Program-made: the position numbers and the translations under genes | Shown here: piece after piece, positions 26,565-38,700 of the stretch | How positions within the stretch are numbered: position 1 is the stretch's first letter | Layout: every line of letters begins with the position of its first letter | The notes under the pieces: generated by a model | The model's database searches: none | What the model saw: the letters and a program-made list of their open reading frames with translations, nothing else | Told to the model about the DNA's origin: nothing | DNA from: Felis catus | Taxonomy: Eukaryota | DNA: 64,000 nt | Assembly (NCBI RefSeq): GCF_018350175.1 | Contig: NC_058368.1 | Location: 6,448,001 to 6,512,000, forward strand | Direction of reading: 5' to 3'

Positions 26565-27394
26565 GTGTGTGTGCGTGTGTCGGAGCAGAGCCTCTGCGTA
26601 GTGCTCGGTTTTGTCGTACGTTGGGAACGTACCAGTGGCTTTCGTGTTCACGTGGCCCGCGGGACGTTTCAAAGCTTTCCTTAAAAGTCGATTCTGTATA
26701 TGTTTTCGATTGTGAAATAATCCTTTGAAACAGTTTCATTTTACATTGGGTCACATCGTATGATTCTCCACCACTGTGACTTCAGTTTATGGTTCCATTA
26801 ATCTAGACGCTGTGTTTTAATGTTGATACTAACTTGGGGCTTGATAACCATCGATGACTGACATTTTTATTTTAATAATCATTAATTTTTTCTCTTCTGC
26901 TTTAGCTTAGAATCTCGAATTTCCTTTGCCACCTGGCATCTAAAATTAATTAGTAGGTAGTAATTGATGTGCCTGCGATGCAACTTTATTATTCTTTAAA
27001 TAACCTTTTCTAAGAGTGGTGAGCAAAAGCGATAGTGTTTTCTTCGGTGCACTAATCTTGTGTATTCTAATTTCAGGAGAAGAGTTCTGTTGGAGTTACT
27101 TTAAGAATTTGTAAGCATTTAAGTAAAAAAAAAATATTCCTTGCAGGTGTGAATGACATGGTCACTAAGTCACCATTTGTTGCAAAAGGGATTCACCGAA
27201 CGACAGAAGCCGACTAGTCCATTTTTACTCTGGTTTAATTTCCTGTTTCTGCTTTTGTAAGGTCATGGTCTGCCACTTGCCTGCAGCCTCAGAGTCTTCC
27301 GTCAACATTTCAAAATTCCAATAGAGAATTCTTAAGTGACACAAGAATGTTCTAAAAATAGCCAACAACCTGGACGTCGCATTACATCTGTATC

Positions 27395-27599
27395 TTTTTT
27401 TTTTTTTTAAATGTTTATTATTGAGAGACAGAGAGAGACCATGAGCAGGGAAGGGGCAGAGAGAGGGGGAGACACAGAATCCGAAGCAGGCTCCAGGCTC
27501 TGTGCACAGAGCCTGATGCGGGGCTCGAACTCAGGAACCACGAGAGCACGACCTGAGCTGAAGGCGGACGCTTAACCGACTGAGCCACCCAGGCGCCCC
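27395..27599 (-). mobile_element. CAN-SINE
   Basis: TSD acatctgt(a/g)tc. Confidence 0.9.
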
Positions 27600-28467
27600 A
27601 CATCTGTGTCCTTTTTAAATTTTTATCTCTGTAACCTCGGCGTCTAGTCCGCTCTGCACAAGTGGCTTTGTCTTTGGTAGTTACCACGCCCAGAAACATC
27701 CCTGCCCCAGAAGGGCTGTAAGTCTTTGACTGGCTATGTTAGGAGGCAAGTTCTAGGCAGTTTTTCTGTACTGGCTGTTACCTGTTCAGTATTAGAGAAT
27801 TAGTGGAGCTTTAACTGAGTGCTTGCCTCAAGTTTGAATCTCTGTGTCCATTTATTTCCATAGAAAGTGACAACGATGACGATCCAGGTTGCTCACGCCT
27901 CTAGGGGTGAGGAGGGGTACTTGAAGACGATAGCCTTGAGAGTGTCAGTTGGCTTTTTGGCATTTTTTTTTTCCAACTAATTTCGTTGTGCCTGTTTACT
28001 CATAGGAAACCTATGCTTTATTTTATAATACTCCATATACTTGCTCTCCCATTTCAACAGATGCAGGTGGAAAAATGATTTTTTCCTCCCTCAGTTGAGG
28101 GATGGTTACTCACTCTGGCATCCGAGATTCCGTTGTTCCGTGTTGGGTATAAAACTGACGGTTGCTGAGATTATTTAGTATTCAGCCTTTGTGTTTATGT
28201 GGTTCAGGTGCATCTTCATTTTTCTTAGTTTGCAGAATGCAAATCCCATTTCCCGCGGCCTCGTGCTGTCTGCACACACGAGATAATAGATTAAAATTCA
28301 TCCGTGTACTTGGATTCCGTCCCTTAATTTAGAGACTTTTTTCATTTTACTAAACTGTACCACTTTTTCTTCATATAAAATAAGCTTTTTATATTTGGAA
28401 AGTACCAATGAAAAGTAAAATATTATCCATAATCCTATCATCCAGAGAAACCCCTTTCTGCATTTTA

Positions 28468-28697
28468 TTTTATTTTTTTTTAATTTTTTTTTTCCAACGT
28501 TTATTTATTTTTGGGACAGAGAGAGACAGAGCATGAACGGGGAAGGGGCAGAGAGAGAGGGAGACACAGAATCAGAAACAGGCTCCAGGCTCTGAGCCAT
28601 CAGCCCAGAGCCTGATGTGGGGCTCGAACTCACGGACCGCGAGATCGTGACCTGGCTGAAGTCGGACGCTTAACCGACTGCGCCACCCAGGCGCCCC
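28468..28697 (-). mobile_element. Young SINEC_Fc-type SINE
   Basis: TSD cccctttctgcatttta. Confidence 0.93.
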
Positions 28698-29709
28698 CCC
28701 TTTCTGCATTTTAGAGTATTTCTTCCTTTGGTCTTTTTTTCAGTACACGTACATGTTTTTTCTTTTACAAAATTGAAATCGTGCGCCATGTTTTCTGTCT
28801 TTTGACTTTTATTATTTCATATTTATGTTTTAAGTATTATTTAGAAACAAGGTTTTTAATGGATATATTGAGGACAACTGAAATGCCAGATTTCACGGCA
28901 TGTGTATAACCTGTTCGTGTAAGTAATGTGTTTGAATCCAATCCAGGTAAACTAACCATGAGATTTCGCTCCATTGATCAGGAATGGTTTGATTCTAAGC
29001 ATAAATTTAGGATGAGAATTGACACACTTACCTCCTGCTCTCTCTTGCCCTTCTCAGGGGTAGATACCTCCAGCCCAGGTGTCCTTGTGTTTGTCTCTTC
29101 CTGTCCTGTGCCCGTGTTACAGCCGTCCCACTGCCCACCTGTCTATCCACAAGACCCTGGGGGAGTCTTTTGATTCTCCCACTGCATCTCCACCGCCTGC
29201 ACTTTTCTTCTTCCTTTTTCCATGTGGTCTTCACTCCAACCAGTTCTCCTTTCTGTAACGGACAGTCAGTGATGACCATGACGTTTCAGGACCACCCCAC
29301 TCGTCTCCACGTTGGTACAGCATCTTCTGGGGCTGACTGCTACCTTCCCGCAGGGATGTCTGGCCCCCACCAGGCCCCCGAGTCCCCACCTTTCCTCCAG
29401 CCCACTGGCGCCCCCCCGCCTCAACAGGGCAGCCCCCCTCCAGAGCAGCCCTACCCTCCAGACCTCGCCCGTGCTGTTCTTATCCTCAGATGCACACCCC
29501 CTGCTCCTTTACTCTCTCCTCCATCTGGTCTTCCTTCCCTTTCACCGGCTCCTTTGGGCCTCTGTCACAAGGCTACTCTGTGGGAGGAGTGCCCCGAGTT
29601 ACCCCAGGATGTTTACAGTTTCTGGCTCCCCATCTCATCAGAAGCACTGCCTATTTTGCGAGATGACCTCGTTTCCTTGAGAAAGTGGTGCACGCAGTCT
29701 GTGACGCAG

Positions 29710-29712
<3 letters not shown>

Positions 29713-29755
<43 letters not shown>
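29713..29755. repeat. (CA)n microsatellite
   Basis: Direct reading. Confidence 0.95.
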
Positions 29756-29757
<2 letters not shown>

Positions 29758-29820
29758 TCAGTCACGCACCACCAGTGGCTCTAGTGTCTTAGGGTTTCCG
29801 TTTTTAAAACGTGCTACCTC

Positions 29821-29895
29821 AAAAAAATAATAATAAAATAAAATAAAATAAAATAAAATAAAATAAAATAAAATAAAATAAAATAAAATAAAATG
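29821..29895 (+). repeat. (AAAAT)n tract flanked by a 14-bp direct repeat
   Basis: aaacgtgctacctc at 29807-29820 and 29896-29909. Confidence 0.9.
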
Positions 29896-30233
29896 AAACG
29901 TGCTACCTCTAAAGCTAGGTCGGGTGCTTCCCCCATTAAGAGTGTTTTTAACTCGCTAGCAGTTTGCATGGTTCAAAAGACATACTTATGTTCACACCAT
30001 AATCTAGAATTCACACTGCAAGTAAGAAGCAAAAAGTGAGTTATTCGTTATTCTCATTATATTGCAAGTAGGGAAGGAAAAAAAAAAGCAAAAAAGCAGC
30101 CTCTTGTCATTTAGAATGCTTTTCTGTGCCGTGCGACGCTCCGTCGGGATTTCAAAGATCGAAATTCAGTTGGTGTCTTCCCTGCTCCCCCCCCTCCCCG
30201 CATCCCCAACTTGTGTTTGCCTGTTTCCTTCAG

Positions 30234-30400
30234 AGAGAGAAGCACAAGCTGAATCCTAACAGAAACCAGCAAATAAATGTGAGAAAAGTAAGAACAAGAA
30301 GAGAAGAGTGGGAGAGAAGGAAAATGGGCATTGAGTTCATGAGTGACACCAAGGAGCTGGCACAGGCAGGGAGCACGGCCGAGGACAGAGTGCCCAGGGG
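30234..30400 (+). CDS. WASF3: WASF3 mutually exclusive exon B (REKHKLNPNRNQQINVRKVRTRREEWERRKMGIEFMSDTKELAQAGSTAEDRVPRG)
   Basis: Strong pyrimidine tract plus cAG, GTtcgt donor; 167 nt, same phases (0 to 2) as exon A; homologous KVRxxRxEW motif; ORF 30126..30548. Confidence 0.9.
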
Positions 30401-31286
30401 GTTCGTCACTTTGCGCTCTCGGACCCCAGCCTCAGGTTGCCCGCCCTGCTTTGGCTGTCCCGAGAGGACGCGCGGCCCCCTTACTGACAACGCCTCCCGT
30501 AACCTGTCCTGTAACCCCGGGCCAGGAACACGCCGCTGTCGTTACTAATGCCCGTGGCCTGTGTGGCTGCGACACTCACGAGTCCCCGCTCCCTCCGTAG
30601 GGCCTCGCTGGCGTCCCAGCGTCCGCACCTTTCTGAGCTCTGCTCATCTAATCCAAGACCTCCATTCCTTCCAGAGTTTCACACTCAGCTGTGCGCTCAA
30701 AGAGAAGACCACCTTTCCGTGTTACCCCACATTCTTTCCTTTTTGGCCGAGTACAGTTCTTCCGTCGAAGAACACTACGGTTCACTGTATTGCATTCTGG
30801 ATTTCTTTCCTTTTCTTTCCCGTTCGTGTTCATCCGGGTCACCTGCCATTTCGTAACTTCTAATTATACGCTCTCACTCTCATTGCCACTGAAATCCTCT
30901 GCCTTAGGTGCGGTTTTTTAATTAAATGGGATCTGTCTTGTAGCCTTCTCTCTTAGAAAAAAAAAAAAAAAAGCACGCTGAAATACTGTGGAAATGGGGC
31001 TCTGCTGCTCCCTGCTTGCCGATCTGACTTACCCACTTCAGCGCTGTGAATCTGAAGCCACGTAACACTGGGGCTTGCCGCTAAAGTCGTAATGATGTTG
31101 TTGCTGGGAGGCTCTCATGGGGCTGGACCTGGCTGGTGCTTGTAAAGGAAACACAGTGTGTGATTTCTGTACATCGGCAAGGTTGTTACTCAAATAGAGG
31201 TGTATGCCTGTTGGGGTGGGGTGGGGGGATCCTCCTAATTTAATTTGAATTTCTCCCCCCCCCCCCACCTCTTCCCTGAACGCCAG

Positions 31287-31553
31287 GTCGCACGCGTCGG
31301 ATGTCACAGATTACTCTTACCCGGCGACCCCCAACCACTCTCTGCAGCCGCAGCCGGTGACCCCTTCTTACGCGGCCGGCGACGCACCACCGCACGGGCC
31401 GGCAGCCCAGGCCCCCGAGCATGAGTACCGACCCCCCTCCGCCTCGGCGAGGCACATGGCGCTGAACAGACCCCAGCAGCCGCCGCCGCCACCCCCACCG
31501 CAGGCCACAGAGGGGTCCCAGGCCTCCGCGCCCATGGCGCCAGCAGACTACGG
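31287..31553 (+). CDS. WASF3: WASF3 coding exon (SHASDVTDYSYPATP...MAPADYG, proline-rich region)
   Basis: ccAG/GTaacc boundaries; 267 nt; ORF 31357..31557 in frame. Confidence 0.96.
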
Positions 31554-32962
31554 GTAACCGGGACTCCTGCGTCCTGCTGCGCTTGCTGTAGCGTCGGGAG
31601 TCTTGCTGTGTGTGCTCGAGAAGGTGCCACTGGACGATCATACCTTAGGGGCCAGAAGCAGCCAGGGGCGGCTGGGTGTAGATACTACCAGCTAAGCCAC
31701 ATTCCGCGTTAAAAGCCTCAGTGTCCCGTTGCTCCCCTTTCCGTGACAGATGCATCTCAGGTTCGAATCTGTAGTCATGCACACCCCCCCCCCCCCCCCC
31801 CCCGCCTTCATACATACCCCTGGCTACGTTCGAATGGATTGCGAAGCCAAGGCGTTGATCGAGGGTGACACGCTGATTTTGTGAACCTGTCCCAGATCTC
31901 CGGGTTAGACGTGCGCCGGGTGAACCGCAGAGAGTTCCCGTCACACGTCAGAAAACCATACAGTGCAGCCCCCCGTGAGCCGTGTTCGCACTTGGCCGCG
32001 TGGTCCCCTTTCTTGACCCATTGGAGCCCAGACGTCATTCCTCCCCCGGGTCCTTTTGTTTTCTGTGTCTCGGGTGGGATTCAAACACCTCCTAAAGAAA
32101 GACCCTCACGTTCAGGAGTTTACTAATGTAAGCACCCGTCTCTGTTTTGATAGGCGGTCTTTTGCTCTTTTCGGGCTCAACCGTAAAGTTGTCTTTTCGG
32201 GCTCAACCGTAACCTTTGAAGAGTTAGTGCCTCCGAGACAGTGTCCAGGAAGGTTGAGTGTGTGTTTGTGTTAACATGTGTGTTCTTCAGAGCAGCATGA
32301 AACACCTGAATGTATGCCCTGCCCCCCCCCCCCAGCCAGCTTTTTGAGGTTCCCTCTGTGACCACTCAGTACTGGTTATTCCCATCCATCCGTTCTCTCT
32401 CTCGGAGTATGTTCTGAGGCTCTAGCCAAGGGTCAGGCAAAGAGAGGGTCTGTGGTCCAGTTGGTTAGGAAAAGCCTTAGCTAAGTAGAATTCAGTGGAT
32501 TTCTTAGCTGAAGGACTTTTCAAAGATTTTGAGACTTCCATAGGCACTGTCGGCTTGAGGAACTTCCATGAGACGGGCTAGGAAATACAGATTTTTCTGA
32601 ATCTGACTGACCACAGAACCCTTGTAAGACCGAGTGCGCGAGCCGCCCACCTTTGAGATGCCCAGGAGAAAGGGGAGATTTGAGTCAACCGTTTTATTCT
32701 GGCCTGCCACAGAGAGTTACTTTTTGAGCGATTTTCTTTTCGGTTCCTTTGAGTAGGTGATCTCGAATCGCACCACAGCGAATAATGTAGACATGTGAGA
32801 ATGGCTGGTGCGAAGCGTGGATGTTCGCGTCCTACGGTGTTGCAAGTTCAAAGGACAGTGTATATTGTGTTGGAGGGAGGCCCCTGTGTTAGGTGTATTA
32901 GACGCGCAGAGGATGTGGCTGTTGCTGCTTTAACGACTCTTGGTGTTTCCTCTCTTTATTAG

Positions 32963-33330
32963 GATGCTCCCAGCACAGATCATTGAGTATTACAACCCCT
33001 CAGGACCGCCGCCTCCTCCACCGCCCCCCATGATTCCTTCAGCACAAACTGCTTTCGTCAGCCCTCTCCAGATCCCCATGCAGCCCCCCTTCCCTGCCTC
33101 TGCGGGCTCCTCCTATGCGCCTCCTCCCCACCCTCCCGCCGCGGGGCTCGTGGTCACGGCCCCGCCGCCTCCGGGCCCACCGCCGCCCCCGCCGGGTCCT
33201 CCTGGCGCAGGGTCTTCTCGATCCTCCTCCCCGATGCACGGCCCCCCAGCAGCCGAGGCGAAGCGCCAGGAGACGGCACAGCCACCCATAAGCGATGCTC
33301 GAAGCGATCTGCTTGCCGCCATTCGAATGG
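32963..33330 (+). CDS. WASF3: WASF3 coding exon (polyproline tracts and start of WH2/V: DARSDLLAAIRMG)
   Basis: ttAG/GTgagt boundaries; 368 nt; ORF 32940..33338. Confidence 0.98.
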
Positions 33331-33479
33331 GTGAGTGAGCGTCTCAAACACAGTCTTCCTTCCAGAAGGAGATCTCTTCGTGGCTCCGACCCCAGCTACA
33401 GCCTGGTCCTCAAGTGTCTACTCTCCACTGAACTGTGTCTGACGATAGGGTTTAAGGACACTTGTTTGATTTTGTTTTT

Positions 33480-33677
33480 GAAGTTTATTTATTTTGAGAG
33501 AGACAGAGGCGGTGCGAGCGGGCGAGGGGCAGAGAGAGAAGGAGAGAGAGAGAGAGAATCCCCTGTGCCACCAGCTACAGAGCCCAGCGCGGGGCTCGAA
33601 CTCACAAACCATGAGATCGTGACCTGGGCCGAAACCAGGAGTTGGACGCTCAGTCGACTGAGCCACCCAGGCGCCCC
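33480..33677 (-). mobile_element. CAN-SINE
   Basis: TSD ttgattttgtttttg. Confidence 0.9.
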
Positions 33678-35625
33678 TTGATTTTGTTTTTGGTAAACAG
33701 TAGATATGTTTTTGCCAGTGCAAGATAAACACACAGTAATAAAGAATTGAGAATTCAGGAAACCTTTACTTGACTAGAAATAGCTCATAAAAATGATCAC
33801 TAATTAATGAGATCTTTCCTCTGCCTTCTACTCTGAGGGTAAATGTATAAATGAGCGAAAGCGAGCTCGTGTATATGATTTAGTTATTTTTAAAAATCTA
33901 AGCTGTGTCCTAGACTTCCCATATTTTTAGCTCGATGTGCTAAGCCAGTAAGCTTTTCAACATTTATTTAGCAGCAAAATTCTTTTGTCAGATTGAAGTC
34001 CTACACCGAACCCCAGAACATGAGACATACAGAAATAGAGCATCTCTGGTCCCGTCAGGTTGGAGGAGCCCAGACGCTCACCCATTTTGCCCCCCCCCCC
34101 CCAGAGCCACACACTTCCAGTCTATTCCACCCCATTTCTTCTCAGCCCCAGGCACAGCCCAGGCTGGTTGAGGGTCACTGACAGGGCATGAGATATCCCA
34201 AGAGCTCCTCGTGCAGTCGGGAGATGCACCGTCTCCTGGTCACGGTCTGGTTGTTTCCGTTCAGAAGGGACTGAGAAGGGAGCCCGACAGCAACACCCCT
34301 GGCGTCCTTCACAGGACGGCGGGGACGTGACTGCCTCTGCTTTGAGTGCCCACACATCAGACTGGAGTGTGACACACAGGCCCGGGGTTCTCGTATGTCT
34401 TGAACGTCATTGGCACACTTTGATTTTGTCAAGGAGAGAAGATCCCAGAGGTACACGACCCCGTCGCAAATAAATTTAGGGTCATAGCAGGACAGTGGTT
34501 TTGTTTTCTGACACCCGTGAGCCCCTTCCAGTAAGAGTGATAACATAACTTGGATCTAATCACGAGGAAACCTCTGATAAGCCCACATCAAGGGACAGTC
34601 TACAAAAGAGCTGCCTGTGTTCTTCAGAACCATCAAGGTCGTAAAACACAAAGACGGAAGAACTTCCCAGAATAAGGGACATGAATGACAACTAACGTGA
34701 TGGGTGTTTCCACGTCGGATCCCAAGCCTGGTGGAAAACTTTCTTCATTTGCTGCTGTTAGGTCTGCTGGCAAAATTGAAATGAAATTTGTGCAGTAGAC
34801 GGTAGTATTTGTGTCTGCACTGAGAGCCTGATTTTGGTCATTGTCTCTTAGGAATTACACATGAGGTATTTTAGGGGCATAGGGACATCATATGCTACCG
34901 TATTCTCGAGTGATCCAGGGAAAAGTATGGGTGTGTGAGCAAGAATGCCAGAGAAGGGTTGCTAGTTAAACAAGACGGTCAAATGGAATCTGGATGTCAG
35001 TTATATGGGGATGTTTTTCCTCTAGTTTTACAGCCTATAAATCCGAAATCGTTTCAAAAGAGAAAGTTAAAGAATTAGCACATTAAATCATCTTTGTATC
35101 CCACTTTGTTAATAAGAAAGCAGACGATTGTATTTTGTATTCATTTTCAGCAAATTAGTGAGACAGAGATCTCAACTCCCCACACCAGCCAAGGGCTGTT
35201 GGGGTAAAAAAGCACTGCTTTCTAAGCCTTGGGATTACAGCAGCGTCCGGGAAGTGTTCATGATGCCGTCCAGTATGGTAGCCCCCGGGGCCCAGTAAAT
35301 TCACCCTTAATTTGCCACACGTGGCTAGCGGCTACCCCACTGGACAGTGTAGCTCCAGAACTTTCGTGACGTTCATATGTCCTGATTCGAACACACTGCC
35401 GTAAAACTCTTTGCTACAAAAAACGTTTCCCCTTTGAGTGCCAATTTTGTTGGTCACGAAACTTCTATTTCCCAAGCTTTTCTCCCCTCAGGTTTCCAAA
35501 ACTTTCTACCCTGGGTGTCAGCAGGAAAAACAACAAAAAAAAGGCCGCTAGGCCTGTTAGTTTGTGTTTCCTTCGTGTGGAGCCAGCAGAGGGATTAAAT
35601 TCTACGCTCCGTGTTGTGTCTCTAG

Positions 35626-35783
35626 GGATTCAGCTGAAGAAGGTGCAGGAGCAGCGTGAACAAGAAGCCAAGCGCGAGCCAGTTGGGAACGACGTGGCCA
35701 CGATTCTGTCCAGACGCATCGCCGTGGAGTACAGCGATTCTGACGACGACTCCGAGTTCGACGAGAATGACTGGTCCGACTGA
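35626..35783 (+). CDS. WASF3: WASF3 last coding exon (WH2 end IQLKKV, C region [18 protein letters not shown], acidic tail [13 protein letters not shown])
   Basis: ctAG acceptor; TGA at 35781-35783; classic VCA C-terminus with conserved Trp. Confidence 0.98.
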
Positions 35784-38700
35784 GGCGGGGCGAGTGCGCA
35801 GGTGGACGGCGTGGGGGCAGGGCTGCTTGCCGGCAGGAGACCGTGCGTCGGAAAATGTCTCGCAAATTTTGTGGTCTCCGCACCCACATAGTGGTATTAT
35901 AACCCTGTAGCTTAGCAACTTTTGTATTAATAATGTGATATTGCTTTTGCACATCCAAAAATTCTGGGTTTTTTCAGTATTTACTGTGTAATACTTAAGT
36001 GCCACTACACATAGCAAATTGTGCTGCACACGAGGAAATATGCTGTAACTATTGCATTGTCCCGAAAACGGCATTTTGCTTCCTTTTTCTTGGCCGTGAG
36101 CGTATTTAGTGCAGTTTGGGTTTCCTCCTTTTGGTCGCTATAATTCTGCAGACTTGCTGCGTGTTTGTGAAGCTGCCTGGTGTTAGGTCTTTGCAAGATT
36201 AATGACCGTGTGTCAGAGTGATGTCTTCCAATCAGTAAGTGATACCGTTTCACCTTCGTTTTGTTCTGTTTTGTTTTAAATGTGTTTCAGAAGAAGTTGG
36301 TTCTAGAGGGAAGGATTCGACAAGTAAGGAGGATCCAGTGTTTCTGCTCGCAGTGTCTGGGCTTGTGCCTCTGTGTGACTCGGAACGATCTGTTAGATAA
36401 TTTCGTTTCCTTTGCACCGGCCCTTTGCAGGCAGGGTTCCCTGCGGGCGTTCGCTTGGTCCCTGCCTGTCGGCAATTGCCATTAAGAGGTTTGGGCAGCT
36501 GCGCAGTGATGAACATGAACAGCGGGGTTCTTCTTCCGTCAGGGCCATGGGGTTGTGACGCTGGAAATGTGTGACAGCGCTTACAGCCTTGGGTGCCAGC
36601 CAGCCAGCACAGACACGGTGGTCCGGGACCCCCGGACCTCAGGGAGAGGGCTTCCCGTGGCTCCTCGCGCCGCGTGCTCTGAAGTTTAAAAGCTTAGATG
36701 GAGGTGGACGTAGATGCTGGCAGCTACTTGCTTTTCCTGGTGCCGCGGCCACATTAGGGATCCATCACCCGAGCGGGGCCGTGGCCCTGCTCCTAGAAGC
36801 ACACGGTTCTCTTTCCTCACGTGGCCGTCGGCACAGGGAATTTTCAAAAGTACCTCAGGTCAGAGTAGGCTCCTGGCAGCACCGGATCACTTGCCCCTCG
36901 CCTTCGCCCTTCCCGCTCTGCTTCCCACACGGCAATACGACCGAGCCATGGGGTTGATCTTCCTGAGGAAGGCAGACTGCTGGAACGCTCACGGATGGCA
37001 GCTTACGTCTTAGAATTTGGGGTGAGGGATCGCTGCTTGTTCGGAACAAATAAACGCCCCCGGGCTTTGATTCTAGATACGACTTCACAAATAACACTAA
37101 GACACTTTACGTACTAGGGATTCTTACCCGAGTACAGCATTTCTCACGGATGGCGGTTACTCGTGACTCTCGGTCGTGACAAAGGAGTCTTCAGCTCAAG
37201 GCAGAGCTGGCTGGTTCACGGTGGTCGTCTCAGCAGGACCATGACCGATGGGTTTTTGTTACTGAGTCCTCCTGAGGACTTCAGCGGCACCCTCGAACCG
37301 GGTCTCTGCGTCCCTGTGTGGACATTTACGTGGCTTGTGGGCGTTCATCCTGTAAAGCCGATACCTTGAATTTTAATCACGTAGAGTTGGAGACTCTGAA
37401 AAGCCTAATGTCTGTGTCCCCTTCCCAAGACCATCCTTCTCACATCAGGTTACCTGAGTCTTAGCTATTTTGACACATGCTTCTCGAGTTTCTGTTTCTT
37501 GGAGCTGGACGCCATAATTTTACCGATTATAAGCAGTAGTTAGTAATGAACGTTTAAATTTCTCCCTTTGATTTCTCTCCCTTTATTTCAGTGTAAAGGC
37601 CTCCTGTGTTGGCATTATTCTTGGGACTTTTACCATTTGTACTCCTCTTTTGTCTTTATTACAGTATTTTGTTTTTATTGTTACTTTTGGAGTAGGAATT
37701 ACTTGCACAATTCTAGAACTTCTATCTGGTAACGCTTCTTTGTTTTTTATGTCCCTTCTGTTCTCAGGACGAAGAGAACACATAAAGCTACTACCCATGT
37801 CAGAATTTCTTCTATTTATATCTTATTACAATAAAATTACTGGCACTTTATTCATAAATATTCATAAGCCTATTAATTATTAGTCGTCTTCCTGTAGTGG
37901 AATCAACAAGTCACTTTCAACTTGATTTTCCGACTAGTGAAAAACCTTTTGCCCTAGGGTGTCACATAGCCTTTAACAGAATGGAAAAGGACTAAATTTC
38001 CATTTCGATTATTTTTACAGTATTTTTCTCAGCAAATCGGATTTCTTCGAAAATTTAAATCCAGACTTTTTCTAATGTGCTAGTACATGAAAAGGAAAAA
38101 GTGAATACTTTGAATTTTCAGTTTTCCATTTTCAAAAAATATTTACCAAAACAAACGGAGAAGGACATTCAAAAGGGTATTTCATAGCTGTGAATTTTAC
38201 GTTTTAAAGTAGTAGTCATCTATTGTAAGGTTATTTTAAATCATCCTCCGTTTTGTTCCCCCTCGTGTATTTTAGACTCATTTCTGATCAGCTTTTTTCT
38301 CCCATCGTAGATTAGGCAGAGGGGATGAGAAGACCGCTCGGTACCACACACATTAGCTACACAAACATAACGTGGTTGCTTTTCCATTGGTGGCCCCCGA
38401 CCGTAGGATTTGGTACGCTTCGGGTTTTCCTTTCGTGAAAGTATACTGTTAGGAAATTAACATTTTCATTTCAGTAAATGTTTAGAGTATCAACATCTTT
38501 TCTGAGCACCGAGTGGCTAGGCTGTGAAAGTTTTGTAATAATTTGCAACGGAAATACACGATACATTTGAATCCATTAAAGACTAGTGGGAATGTATCAG
38601 CCAGAGTAGCAAGTAAGTTTTGTTTTATAAATCAGAGTATCTGTCACCTTGCAGTATTATTACCAATGCTGTTGTAAATTGAATTGAAAATGGTATTGAA

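Noticed and set aside
29170..29784. 204-aa ORF in the intron between exons A and B
   Set aside because: Low-complexity, C-rich, runs into (CA)n; non-ATG start and no homology recognised
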